The position numbers were made by a program, and so were the translations under genes. Shown here piece after piece: positions 1 to 7,595 of a stretch of 40,925 nt of DNA (positions within the stretch are counted from its first letter, which is position 1; the number at the start of each line of letters is the position of its first letter). The notes under the pieces were generated by a model. The model was not told where the DNA came from and did not search any database. It worked only from the letters and a program-made list of their open reading frames with translations. Source of the stretch: a virus (lineage: Duplodnaviria; Heunggongvirae; Uroviricota; Caudoviricetes); the IMG/VR virus record IMGVR_UViG_2585427787_000014, one strand, 5' to 3'.

Positions 1-516
1 ATGAAATTTAAAAAATGTCTTCTGCCTGTGGCAATGTTAGCGTCATTCACTCTGGCAGGATGCCAGTCAAATGCTGACGATCATGCTGCCGATGTTTATC
101 AAACCGATCAACTGAATACCAAACAAGAAACTAAAACCGTTAATATTATTTCCATTCTTCCCGCAAAAGTTGCCGTAGACAACTCCCAAAATAAACGGAA
201 CGCACAAGCCTTCGGCGCGCTTATTGGCGCAGTCGCTGGCGGTGTTATCGGCCACAACGTCGGGTCTGGCAGCAATTCCGGAACGACGGCAGGTGCAGTT
301 GGCGGCGGAGCTGTAGGCGCGGCAGCGGGTTCTATGGTGAATGATAAAACCTTAGTGGAAGGTGTTTCTTTAACCTATAAGGAAGGCACCAAAGTGTATA
401 CCTCTACCCAGGTGGGTAAAGAGTGCCAGTTTACGACAGGTTTAGCCGTTGTTATTACCACGACGTATAACGAAACGCGTATTCAGCCAAATACCAAATG
501 TCCTGAAAAGAGCTAA
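1..516 (+). CDS. lipoprotein with Gly/Ala-rich glycine-zipper segment; probably a host gene flanking the prophage
   Basis: 171-aa ORF; signal peptide ending in lipobox LAGC; GxxxG-rich stretch (AVAGGVIGHNVG...AVGGGAVGAAAG). Confidence 0.6.
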   Translation: MKFKKCLLPVAMLASFTLAGCQSNADDHAADVYQTDQLNTKQETKTVNIISILPAKVAVDNSQNKRNAQAFGALIGAVAGGVIGHNVGSGSNSGTTAGAVGGGAVGAAAGSMVNDKTLVEGVSLTYKEGTKVYTSTQVGKECQFTTGLAVVITTTYNETRIQPNTKCPEKS

Positions 517-531
517 TAATCAGGAGGAGTC

Positions 532-1071
532 ATGAAGAAAGTTTTTCTTTGCGCCATCTTAGCCTCCTTAAGCTATCCGGCTATCGCCTCATCATTGCAG
601 GATCAACTCTCTGCTGTCGCAGAAGCGGAACAGCAAGGTAAAAATGAAGAGCAAAGGCAGCATGACGAATGGGTCGCGGAGCGCAACAGGGAAATCCAGC
701 AAGAGAAGCAACGTCGCGCAAATGCCCAGGCCGCCGCTAACAAAAGAGCGGCAACGGCAGCGGCAAATAAGAAAGCTCGTCAGGATAAACTGGACGCCGA
801 AGCCTCTGCGGACAAAAAACGCGATCAAAGTTATGAAGATGAGCTACGCAGCTTAGAGATTCAGAAACAAAAACTGGCGCTGGCGAAAGAAGAAGCCCGT
901 GTTAAGCGAGAAAACGAATTTATCGATCAGGAACTGAAGCACAAAGCTGCGCAAACCGATGTGGTGCAATCTGAAGCTGACGCCAACAGAAATATGACTG
1001 AAGGCGGTCGCGATCTGATGAAAAGCGTGGGCAAAGCAGAAGAGAACAAATCGGACAGCTGGTTTAATTAA
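532..1071 (+). CDS. secreted, highly charged (K/E/Q/A-rich) coiled-coil protein; probably host
   Basis: 179-aa ORF with N-terminal signal peptide; AGGAGG Shine-Dalgarno upstream of ATG; followed by a strong terminator. Confidence 0.55.
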   Translation: MKKVFLCAILASLSYPAIASSLQDQLSAVAEAEQQGKNEEQRQHDEWVAERNREIQQEKQRRANAQAAANKRAATAAANKKARQDKLDAEASADKKRDQSYEDELRSLEIQKQKLALAKEEARVKRENEFIDQELKHKAAQTDVVQSEADANRNMTEGGRDLMKSVGKAEENKSDSWFN

Positions 1072-1115
1072 TCGATGTTAGTAACTTCAATCCTATAATT
1101 CTTGAAGATAAAAAA

Positions 1116-1142
1116 CCCTCTGTAGTAACAGAGGGTTTTGTT
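1116..1142 (+). terminator. rho-independent terminator after gene 532-1071
   Basis: Stem CCCTCTGT / ACAGAGGG with loop AGTA, followed by TTTTGTT. Confidence 0.6.
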
Positions 1143-1288
1143 CATTCATAGTGCAGGGTCAAATCATTCCCACTCGATTATTTGCGATACACATAACCAA
1201 TTGAGTGATAACAACTTTCCCATAACTGATTTTCACCGTACCGTTTTATATACCGTCACCGGAAATCAGTACCATGAAAAATGCCATG

Positions 1289-1774
1289 TCACCTGGTCAG
1301 CGAATCGTACTGCTTTTCACAGACTCGTCCGGCTTCGGCGGCCCGATCAGCGTACTCTGCCAGTTGTCGGTTTCGCTCGAGAGATTTGCTGAGCACGTCG
1401 GCAAGCAAAACTCCGGTGTCTGCGGCTGACGCCCCAGAGCCGACAGTGGCGTTATACTGCCTGAGCTGCTCACGGATGGCAACGAGCTGTTGCTGCAACC
1501 TGCCAGCGCGAGCGGCAGCATCAAGAGCATCATTGCGCGCCTGGTCGATAGCACGCTGTGCTTCACGTTCATTTGTCGCTTTCTCCTGTTCGTCATGCAG
1601 ACGCGCTTTCTCATCTTCGGCTTTTCGATCTGCCTTTGCCTGTGCATACCCGGCGTCGTACTGACGGTTGCCGTGTATATTCCAGGCAACAACGCCACTG
1701 ACCACCAGCGCAGCAAGCATCACGACAATAAGCAACTGTTTCCAGTATGTTTTTAATAATACCGAGATCATAAA
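1289..1774 (-). CDS. Rz-like i-spanin (inner-membrane spanin)
   Basis: Start taken at the internal Met (MISVLLKTYWKQLLIVVMLAALVV...) of track ORF 1289-1903. N-terminal TM helix then a charged coiled-coil region; lies immediately downstream of the endolysin with a 7-nt overlap. Confidence 0.6.
   Translation of the reverse strand, partial: FMISVLLKTYWKQLLIVVMLAALVVSGVVAWNIHGNRQYDAGYAQAKADRKAEDEKARLHDEQEKATNEREAQRAIDQARNDALDAAARAGRLQQQLVAIREQLRQYNATVGSGASAADTGVLLADVLSKSLERNRQLAEYADRAAEAGRVCEKQYDSLTR
1297..1572 (-). CDS. Rz1-like o-spanin lipoprotein embedded in Rz in another frame
   Basis: Inside track ORF 1297-1716: signal peptide plus lipobox (MNVKHSVLSTRRAMMLLMLPLALAGC) followed by a Ser/Pro-rich short mature part. 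Start is either Met at 1572 or 1533. Confidence 0.4.
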   Translation of the reverse strand: MNVKHSVLSTRRAMMLLMLPLALAGCSNSSLPSVSSSGSITPLSALGRQPQTPEFCLPTCSANLSSETDNWQSTLIGPPKPDESVKSSTIR

Positions 1775-2394
1775 AGCACCTTGCTGGCAGTGATGTACCG
1801 CGCGCGCCGGTCGTCGATGCCGTTCTGACCGCCATTGATGATCTGCGTGACGCGCACCAGGTCGCCGGTGTACTTCATGCAGCCTTTGGTGGCGAAGAAC
1901 CATGCAGCGCTGCGGGCCGCGTATTCGTCCTGCGCCAGCAGCTCAGGCTGAGAAACCAGATCAACCTTCAGGCCGTTACCGCAGTCACGATAGTTATCCA
2001 GGAATGTTATCCCGATAAGGCCACGCGCCCGGTATTTCCATCCATCACCCGGAGCGTTGTTACCGTAGCGCTTGCTGTACACCAGGTTGGCGATTGCGCG
2101 CTGGCGCTCCAGTGGCAATGCCTTCTCATAGGTCTTCCTGCCAAGCGCGCTGGCCTGGTCAGGAGTAATGCGCCCGGCGCGGATAAAGCCAGCCAGACCG
2201 GCAATGCTGTAGTTGAAATTCTCAATCAGCCTGGTGAATCCGGTGCTTTCATGCCCTGCCTGGGCAATGAACATTGCCTGATGCTGTGGATCAATAATGC
2301 CGAACTCTTTCATCGCTGCGGTGATATGCGGATACCAGCGCACAGCCAGTTGCTCAGTTATACCGGCAGCGCGCCGGAACTGGTTAATGTCCAT
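1768..2394 (-). CDS. endolysin, glycoside hydrolase family 19 (chitinase-like lysozyme)
   Basis: 208-aa ORF; translation resembles GH19-type phage endolysins as I recall them (FIAQAGHESTGF..., GRGLIGITFLDNY...); sits between the holin-like genes and Rz. Confidence 0.75.
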   Translation of the reverse strand: MDINQFRRAAGITEQLAVRWYPHITAAMKEFGIIDPQHQAMFIAQAGHESTGFTRLIENFNYSIAGLAGFIRAGRITPDQASALGRKTYEKALPLERQRAIANLVYSKRYGNNAPGDGWKYRARGLIGITFLDNYRDCGNGLKVDLVSQPELLAQDEYAARSAAWFFATKGCMKYTGDLVRVTQIINGGQNGIDDRRARYITASKVLL

Positions 2395-2692
2395 GTTGAG
2401 ACCTCGATATTTTGAATATCTGCACGACGTTACCGCGCGTCTTCAGAACGGCGGCAAGCATGACAGCATTGATGATGACCTCCGATAAATCGGCGGACAT
2501 TGGTGTGTGATACCAGATTGCGTATGCAGCGCGGACAGGAATGCTGGCGGCGGCAACAATGAGAAAGTAAGCGATCCACCCTCCCCATCTGCGATGTTGA
2601 GACCCATTACGCCTGAATGTGCCGACGCGGATTGCTATACCTGAACAGATAACCGCATTGGCAATAAGCAAAAGCAACTCATGAGTTGTCAT
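2384..2692 (-). CDS. lysis-cassette membrane protein (second holin/antiholin-like component)
   Basis: 102-aa ORF with about three hydrophobic helices; overlaps the holin-like gene upstream and the endolysin downstream. Confidence 0.45.
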   Translation of the reverse strand: MTTHELLLLIANAVICSGIAIRVGTFRRNGSQHRRWGGWIAYFLIVAAASIPVRAAYAIWYHTPMSADLSEVIINAVMLAAVLKTRGNVVQIFKISRSQHGH

Positions 2693-3092
2693 CGTCTTTT
2701 CTCCCCGGGATTAACTCGCGTGGATTATCGGAACGGTGATAGAGCCAGATGCCAATACGGACTGCGACTATTGCTGACACGAAAGCGCCAGCGGAGTACG
2801 CAACCCCTTTCTCAAACATATCTGTGGTGATGCCAGGGAAAGAGGATGCAAAGCCGATGAGGAATGTTGCTGTGGGTTTGTAGAAGAGAAGGCCACAGAG
2901 GAAACTGAGCATCGACAAGAGAACCCGGCGCCGTATCGGATACTCAACTGCTGAGGTAACAAAAATTACCGCACCAGCCAGAGCACCTAGCGCCACCTCT
3001 GGCGGAACTCCTGCGATTACCGCAGCAAGCGACCCCATGCTAAGCCACTGATTTAAAGACTCACTGGTTAGCCCGGCTGACATAATGACCAC
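2679..3092 (-). CDS. holin-like membrane protein
   Basis: 137-aa ORF with multiple TM helices and a charged C-terminal tail (RSDNPRELIPGRKDDDNS); first gene of the lysis cassette. Confidence 0.5.
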   Translation of the reverse strand: MVIMSAGLTSESLNQWLSMGSLAAVIAGVPPEVALGALAGAVIFVTSAVEYPIRRRVLLSMLSFLCGLLFYKPTATFLIGFASSFPGITTDMFEKGVAYSAGAFVSAIVAVRIGIWLYHRSDNPRELIPGRKDDDNS

Positions 3093-3187
3093 CGTTTACT
3101 GTGCATGAAGAACCCCCTTAGTTGGTGAGTCCATCATACACAATAAACCATATATGGTTAAAATTAGTTAAGAATGCTCTTATCAAA

Positions 3188-3204
3188 GTTACCCATCAGG
3201 TAAT
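3188..3204. promoter_or_regulatory. 17-bp palindrome copy (GTTACC-CATCA-GGTAAT) upstream of the lysis cassette
   Basis: Read directly from the sequence; between the tailspike stop (3211) and the holin start (3092). Confidence 0.5.
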
Positions 3205-3210
3205 TTATAA

Positions 3211-4665
3211 TTATTGCAAATATCCTTTTTTGTTTTTTAGCATTCTCGTTAACGCCTCTGTCCATGAAGCCATGATACTGATTTGCCCCTCAACTGTAGG
3301 ATGGATGTTGTCACCATACCATCCTATGTTTGCTCCAAAGTTTCTGCGCATATCAGCAAATTCATAGCCATTTTGTATGCAGAACTTTTTCAGCGCATGA
3401 GTATATTTTGCATGCGCGGCATAGTTAGCAGTAGTTACACCGTGAATACCACTATGCTCCTTAGTAGTAAAAATTGGGAAAATGCCAAAAACAGGGATAG
3501 CACCTGCGGCAACTATTTTATTTGCTATAGTCTGAACGTTTGTTACATACTGAGCTACAGCGGTACCACCTTGCTGGTCGTTAGTTCCTATCATACAAAG
3601 TACAACATCATGAGGTGAGTAATCTGTTGTTGAGCCTTCACCGGAAGACCAATAGGATGAACTGGTACCACTTACAGCATAATTTGTAATTGATACCTTA
3701 CCTACGTTGTCTGAGTTCTGTATAAAAGATGGTAATAGTTTTGTTATATCGTTGCTGCACCATGCGCCATAGCTAATTGAGTCTCCTATTACCCCAATAT
3801 TCAACGGACGCTTAACTCTCACTTTATAGTTTGACGTTTTAAGACAATCCAAAAAAATAACACCTTTGGCATCGCCACTACCCAACAAAATGAATCCTGC
3901 GTTAGCTACGGCTCCATTGAATCTATAAACTGGAAAGCCGTTAATAATAAATGTCATTACTGAATCATTAACAACAAATCCAAGATTAACCTGCTGATTA
4001 CTAACCCATCCATACGCACCACCGTTAGGGAGGGTGTAGGACTCATTTATTGTTTGAGTTCCATAAAAATTAAATCCTTTAACCATTAAGGTTGCACTTG
4101 ACACTGTTACATATGCTAATATAACCTCGTTTGAGGTTTTTATAAATACACCACATGATTCAGACATTCCACTTGTAAACACATTGATCTCATAAAGAGA
4201 ACCATTCTCAAGTGATGTTGGGTATAGAACCTGTGGGTTCGCTGAGAAATCAGATGACCACGTCACAGTGCTTGATGTTACAATTCCTGTTCCTGAGATG
4301 CTAATGTCTCCTGTTGAAACATTATAGACTTTCTGATTCCAGCTCGTCAGATCCACAACAGAAGATAACTCATTTAGTGACATGTTAACTAAACCAGGAG
4401 CAACATTATACAACTCCTTCAAGTCAACGAATGTATTTGCAGGTTTAACTAAAGTTGTTCCACTTACAGGATTTTTAATTCTTAAATTTGTTAATAATAA
4501 CAAATCTTTTGTATTTGGATTTTCATCAATATTAAATGTTATACCATCATCAGCATGAATTTTCAATCCTGATAAATCAGGCCGACCGCCAGAAAAAAAA
4601 AACGGTACCAGCCCCGTCAAAGTATAATGTTTCTCCAATTTCTGAAAGATAACTACGGGCAGCAT
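3211..4665 (-). CDS. tailspike C-terminal part with SGNH/GDSL esterase domain (downstream frame of a split tailspike)
   Basis: 484-aa ORF. C-terminal SGNH hydrolase blocks: GDS (IGVIGDSISYG), GxND (CMIGTNDQQGG), DxxH (GDNIHPT). Overlaps upstream ORF 4577-5788 across a T10 run. AT-rich. Confidence 0.65.
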   Translation of the reverse strand: MLPVVIFQKLEKHYTLTGLVPFFFSGGRPDLSGLKIHADDGITFNIDENPNTKDLLLLTNLRIKNPVSGTTLVKPANTFVDLKELYNVAPGLVNMSLNELSSVVDLTSWNQKVYNVSTGDISISGTGIVTSSTVTWSSDFSANPQVLYPTSLENGSLYEINVFTSGMSESCGVFIKTSNEVILAYVTVSSATLMVKGFNFYGTQTINESYTLPNGGAYGWVSNQQVNLGFVVNDSVMTFIINGFPVYRFNGAVANAGFILLGSGDAKGVIFLDCLKTSNYKVRVKRPLNIGVIGDSISYGAWCSNDITKLLPSFIQNSDNVGKVSITNYAVSGTSSSYWSSGEGSTTDYSPHDVVLCMIGTNDQQGGTAVAQYVTNVQTIANKIVAAGAIPVFGIFPIFTTKEHSGIHGVTTANYAAHAKYTHALKKFCIQNGYEFADMRRNFGANIGWYGDNIHPTVEGQISIMASWTEALTRMLKNKKGYLQ

Positions 4666-5788
4666 TATATTGAGTGAAAGAATCTGTTACCCCATCATAC
4701 TTAATACCCCACTGCCTCGCCCTTGTCGGATATAAGGACTCTACATACATGCCACCTGCAATAGAAAATATATGCCCTCCATCATCAGTAGCGGATCCAC
4801 TGCGGATTACTCCAATATTTCCACCTCCATCATTCTTTGAGTAATAACCAGACCATTCAACCATCATTCCATTGTACGATGAGTCAAAAACAACATGGTG
4901 GGCATTAGATAACACGCCAGACCTTAGATCTGCTACTGTAGAGAAAGTCAGTTTTACAACATTATTGTCGAGGTAATTCTCAAGCGTTCCGAAGTACTTA
5001 TCGCCAATAAATGACGCCCCGTTACTGGACGCAAGATCAGACCTTAAGCTGGCATCGCCAACACTAAGCCACTTACCACTTCCTATCCCCCCTGTGCTCT
5101 CAGGTGTAGAGTCGGTGGGGACTACTTTTGGTAGTGTTCCATCCCACCTGAACCATTCGCCTGAGCTTTCCTGGAGAAGAACGTCGTTAGGATAGTTGAT
5201 GGTATTACCCAGCTCAAAAGACCTCTTCGTGTTATAGCCATACAGTCCATTCTTCAATGTATCAATGATAGTTGCCAATAGGTTACTCAAATCACGATAA
5301 AGATCATCAATATATTTTTTTGTAGCTGCATCTTGTGGCATAGACGGATCACGGAGGTTTCTTATATAGAATCCCAGCGCATCATAGAAACTGGCAATGC
5401 TGCTTGGTCTTTTTAGTGCCAATCTGTTATCACTAAAAGCCTGCTGAATTAGCATCGTCAGTTTATCAAAAGCATCTTCATGTACTTCTGCGAAGAACTT
5501 ACCCTGATTTCTGAGATCTGTTTCCTGGGTAACTGGCAACTCTCTGGATATCGAAATCTGATAACCATTAGCAAGAGGAGCAGACAAAACAACATTTCCT
5601 CCAGTGTATCCACCAGCGCCAGTTACCGTATAACCGGTATCCAGAACCAATTCTGTTACGTTCCCGTTCAGGTCAGACACCTGAACAACCAGGTCGGATT
5701 TTTTGAAAATACGGAAGGTATACGGAAATGATGTCGTAACGCCGTTACCTGTGTATTCGTTGTGGTCAACTTCGGTTGAGACCGTCAT
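4577..5788 (-). CDS. tailspike N-terminal (virion-attachment) part (upstream frame)
   Basis: 403-aa ORF ending five codons after the T10 run. N-terminus (MTVSTEVDHNEYTGNGVTTSFPYTFRIFKK...) matches my recollection of conserved tailspike head-binding domains of epsilon15/phiV10-like podoviruses. Confidence 0.65.
   Translation of the reverse strand: MTVSTEVDHNEYTGNGVTTSFPYTFRIFKKSDLVVQVSDLNGNVTELVLDTGYTVTGAGGYTGGNVVLSAPLANGYQISISRELPVTQETDLRNQGKFFAEVHEDAFDKLTMLIQQAFSDNRLALKRPSSIASFYDALGFYIRNLRDPSMPQDAATKKYIDDLYRDLSNLLATIIDTLKNGLYGYNTKRSFELGNTINYPNDVLLQESSGEWFRWDGTLPKVVPTDSTPESTGGIGSGKWLSVGDASLRSDLASSNGASFIGDKYFGTLENYLDNNVVKLTFSTVADLRSGVLSNAHHVVFDSSYNGMMVEWSGYYSKNDGGGNIGVIRSGSATDDGGHIFSIAGGMYVESLYPTRARQWGIKYDGVTDSFTQYNAARSYLSEIGETLYFDGAGTVFFFWRSA
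4593..4602. repeat. A10/T10 homopolymer at the junction of the two tailspike reading frames
   Basis: Ten consecutive A on the plus strand; both tailspike ORFs read through it (VFFF in the upstream frame, PFFF in the downstream frame). Confidence 0.9.
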
Positions 5789-5842
5789 GTTAAATCTCCA
5801 GATAGTCGCAGCACCCGTTGCGCCGCATATCTGGTTATTCTA

Positions 5843-5864
5843 TTACCCAAAAAACCACATATGG
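5843..5864. promoter_or_regulatory. conserved element TATTACC(C)AAwwwAACCACATATGr (copy B), upstream of tailspike
   Basis: Near-identical to 24884-24907; a partial match at 32062-32080. Confidence 0.4.
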
Positions 5865-5891
5865 ATAGAAAGACTGTAAATACGAATAGAT

Positions 5892-5908
5892 ATTACCTTT
5901 CGGGTAAT
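5892..5908. promoter_or_regulatory. 17-bp palindrome copy (ATTACC-TTTCG-GGTAAT)
   Basis: Perfect inverted repeat; in the divergent region between the tailspike start (5788) and gene 5985-6242. Confidence 0.55.
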
Positions 5909-5944
5909 TTGCAAAACGTGCTGGATAGCAAACAAATTATTTGA

Positions 5945-5964
5945 TACTGTATAAATATACAGTT
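5945..5964. promoter_or_regulatory. LexA (SOS) box
   Basis: TACTGTATAAATATACAGTT fits CTGT-N8-ACAG with an AT-rich spacer; ends 6 bp before the first ATG (5970) and 21 bp before the SD-preceded ATG (5985). Confidence 0.7.
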
Positions 5965-5984
5965 ATTGCATGGAGAAGATTAAG

Positions 5985-6242
5985 ATGCAGCAGTATCACT
6001 ATCCACTGGAAGACGGATTTACCGAAAGGATTCACACGCCGGGAGGCGTCAGGTCACTGGTGGAAGGATCGCACTTGATGAAATTACTCCGGGATCTCGA
6101 TAAGGATGGATTTAATGTCGATGGCCCACTTGCCGAACTGACTGCACTGATTAACTACGTCACCAGCTCACAGATGTCTATGCGGGATCTGCAAACACAT
6201 CTCGACTATTGTGCCGAACAATTACGAAAACAAACCAGATAA
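5985..6242 (+). CDS. small antirepressor-like protein; standalone homologue of the C-terminal domain of the Bro-N protein at 6558-7268
   Basis: GGAG Shine-Dalgarno 9 nt before ATG 5985 (alternative ATG at 5970). About 45% identity by eye over ~80 aa to the C-terminus of the 6558-7268 product (LMKLLRDLDKDGFNVDGPLAELT...RDLQTHLDY vs LMNLLNQLQDDGHDVSGAAAELT...RDIQTHAEY). Confidence 0.6.
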   Translation: MQQYHYPLEDGFTERIHTPGGVRSLVEGSHLMKLLRDLDKDGFNVDGPLAELTALINYVTSSQMSMRDLQTHLDYCAEQLRKQTR

Positions 6243-6272
6243 GGTTTGCAATTACCAAGTGGAGTGCTTATA

Positions 6273-6289
6273 TTTACCTTTGCGGTAAA
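6273..6289. promoter_or_regulatory. 17-bp palindrome copy (TTTACC-TTTGC-GGTAAA)
   Basis: Embedded in a longer imperfect inverted repeat (GGAGTGCT...AGCACTCC) just downstream of gene 5985-6242. Confidence 0.5.
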
Positions 6290-6379
6290 TTTACATAGCA
6301 CTCCTCTTGTGCCATAGTAATCGGGCACTGGCAAAATCCAGTGCCGGGATTGGCGTCCCGAGTTACTAAGTGGCGCATA

Positions 6380-6401
6380 CCACGCCAGACGTGGTTTTTT
6401 T
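6380..6401 (+). terminator. rho-independent terminator
   Basis: Stem CCACG / CGTGG with loop CCAGA, followed by T7. Confidence 0.55.
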
Positions 6402-6557
6402 ATGCGTTAAGCACAGCTATATCCGAATTATGGTGGGCTGGGCAGGGGTCCGAAAGGACGCCGGTACCACTTAGGCCGGTACGCCAACCTTGTCCAGTTC
6501 ACCACCAGTAATTGGCGTTGCGGTGGTGATTAAAATCACTAAGTGGAGATAACCACC

Positions 6558-7268
6558 ATGGCTAATGCTCAAACTGCCATCTTCAAATTTGAATCTGTTA
6601 ACCCTATCCGTTCCATCATTATCGATGGCCAACCATGGTTTGTAGCCCAAGACGTTTGTAGTGCGCTGCGTATCCAAAACGTCACCCAAGCACTTGAAAA
6701 ACTGGATGATGATGAAAGGTCTATGTTCAACATAGGGCATGAACATCGTGCAATTTTTGACAGCCGAGTAAAAGAGATCAACATCATCTCCGAGTCAGGC
6801 CTCTACACACTGATCCTCCGCTGCCGCGACGCAGTGACACCAGGCACTATCCCATACCGCTTTCGTAAATGGGTTACAGGTGAGGTTCTTCCTCAGATCC
6901 GCCGCACCGGAAGTTACATTAAAAACTCGCTCCCGCAGGAAGAGCGCATAAAGATGGTTGCCGACCAGGTAGCCAACGCCACAGCATCAGCAGTGATGCA
7001 GGCGATGAAGATAGAGAACAAAACCTACAGTGCCCCACTGAAGCCCGGCTACCGCAGCCTGATTCATTCGCCGTCTGGTGTTCTCGGCCTGACGGAGAAC
7101 TCACTGCTGATGAATCTGCTGAACCAGTTACAGGACGACGGGCACGACGTATCGGGCGCGGCGGCGGAGCTGACCACCATGTTCTGCTACATCGTCGGTG
7201 TGAGCAAATGCCTGCGTGATATCCAGACGCACGCGGAGTACATCAACGACAAGGCAGGGTTCTTCTGA
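6558..7268 (+). CDS. Bro-N domain antirepressor-like protein
   Basis: GGAG 9 nt before ATG 6558 (track ORF begins at GTG 6543). N-terminus (AIFKFESVNPIRSIIIDGQPWFVAQDVCSALRI...) has Bro-N/antirepressor character; C-terminal ~80 aa paralogous to the 5985-6242 product. Confidence 0.6.
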   Translation: MANAQTAIFKFESVNPIRSIIIDGQPWFVAQDVCSALRIQNVTQALEKLDDDERSMFNIGHEHRAIFDSRVKEINIISESGLYTLILRCRDAVTPGTIPYRFRKWVTGEVLPQIRRTGSYIKNSLPQEERIKMVADQVANATASAVMQAMKIENKTYSAPLKPGYRSLIHSPSGVLGLTENSLLMNLLNQLQDDGHDVSGAAAELTTMFCYIVGVSKCLRDIQTHAEYINDKAGFF

Positions 7269-7339
7269 CGGGCGGCGGCACAGGGATGTGCCTTTAAATA
7301 ATTCTGTACAGATTGCAGACTGTGGGTGAATAGCGTACT

Positions 7340-7356
7340 ATTACCTCAAGGGTAAA
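7340..7356. promoter_or_regulatory. 17-bp palindrome copy (ATTACC-TCAAG-GGTAAA)
   Basis: About 60 bp upstream of small ORF 7416-7595. Confidence 0.5.
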
Positions 7357-7415
7357 CGGATTGGTTTCATTTTTATTAATCCGTGTAATGAACTTATGAG
7401 ATATGAGGTAATGTC

Positions 7416-7595
7416 ATGCGAAACGAAAAATTGCAGATGCGTAGAGCGCAAGCTGCCGCAAGACGTTCTTTCAATGGAAGCGTAGAGTGCGTAAAAGTTA
7501 CTATGACAAAAGATCACGCAAGTCGCGTATCCCGCGCTTTCTTTGATTCTCGTAACAATAAGGAAAATTATGAGTTCGTCTGCGTCGCAGAATGA
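7416..7595 (+). CDS. small basic protein (59 aa) overlapping the start of the YafO-like gene; candidate antitoxin/regulator
   Basis: Not in the ORF track (<60 aa). ATG preceded by GAGGT; translation MRNEKLQMRRAQAAARRSFNGSVECVKVTMTKDHASRVSRAFFDSRNNKENYEFVCVAE; overlaps the next gene by 26 nt in another frame. Confidence 0.3.
   Translation: MRNEKLQMRRAQAAARRSFNGSVECVKVTMTKDHASRVSRAFFDSRNNKENYEFVCVAE

Noticed and set aside
1281-1756. Plus-strand ORFs 1281-1664 and 1490-1756
   Set aside because: Antisense to the Rz/Rz1 spanin pair, which has strong positional and signal-peptide support.
7269-7340. Possible second LexA box (CTGTACAGATTGCAGACTGT)
   Set aside because: Does not satisfy CTGT-N8-ACAG spacing; only the box at 5945-5964 fits the consensus.
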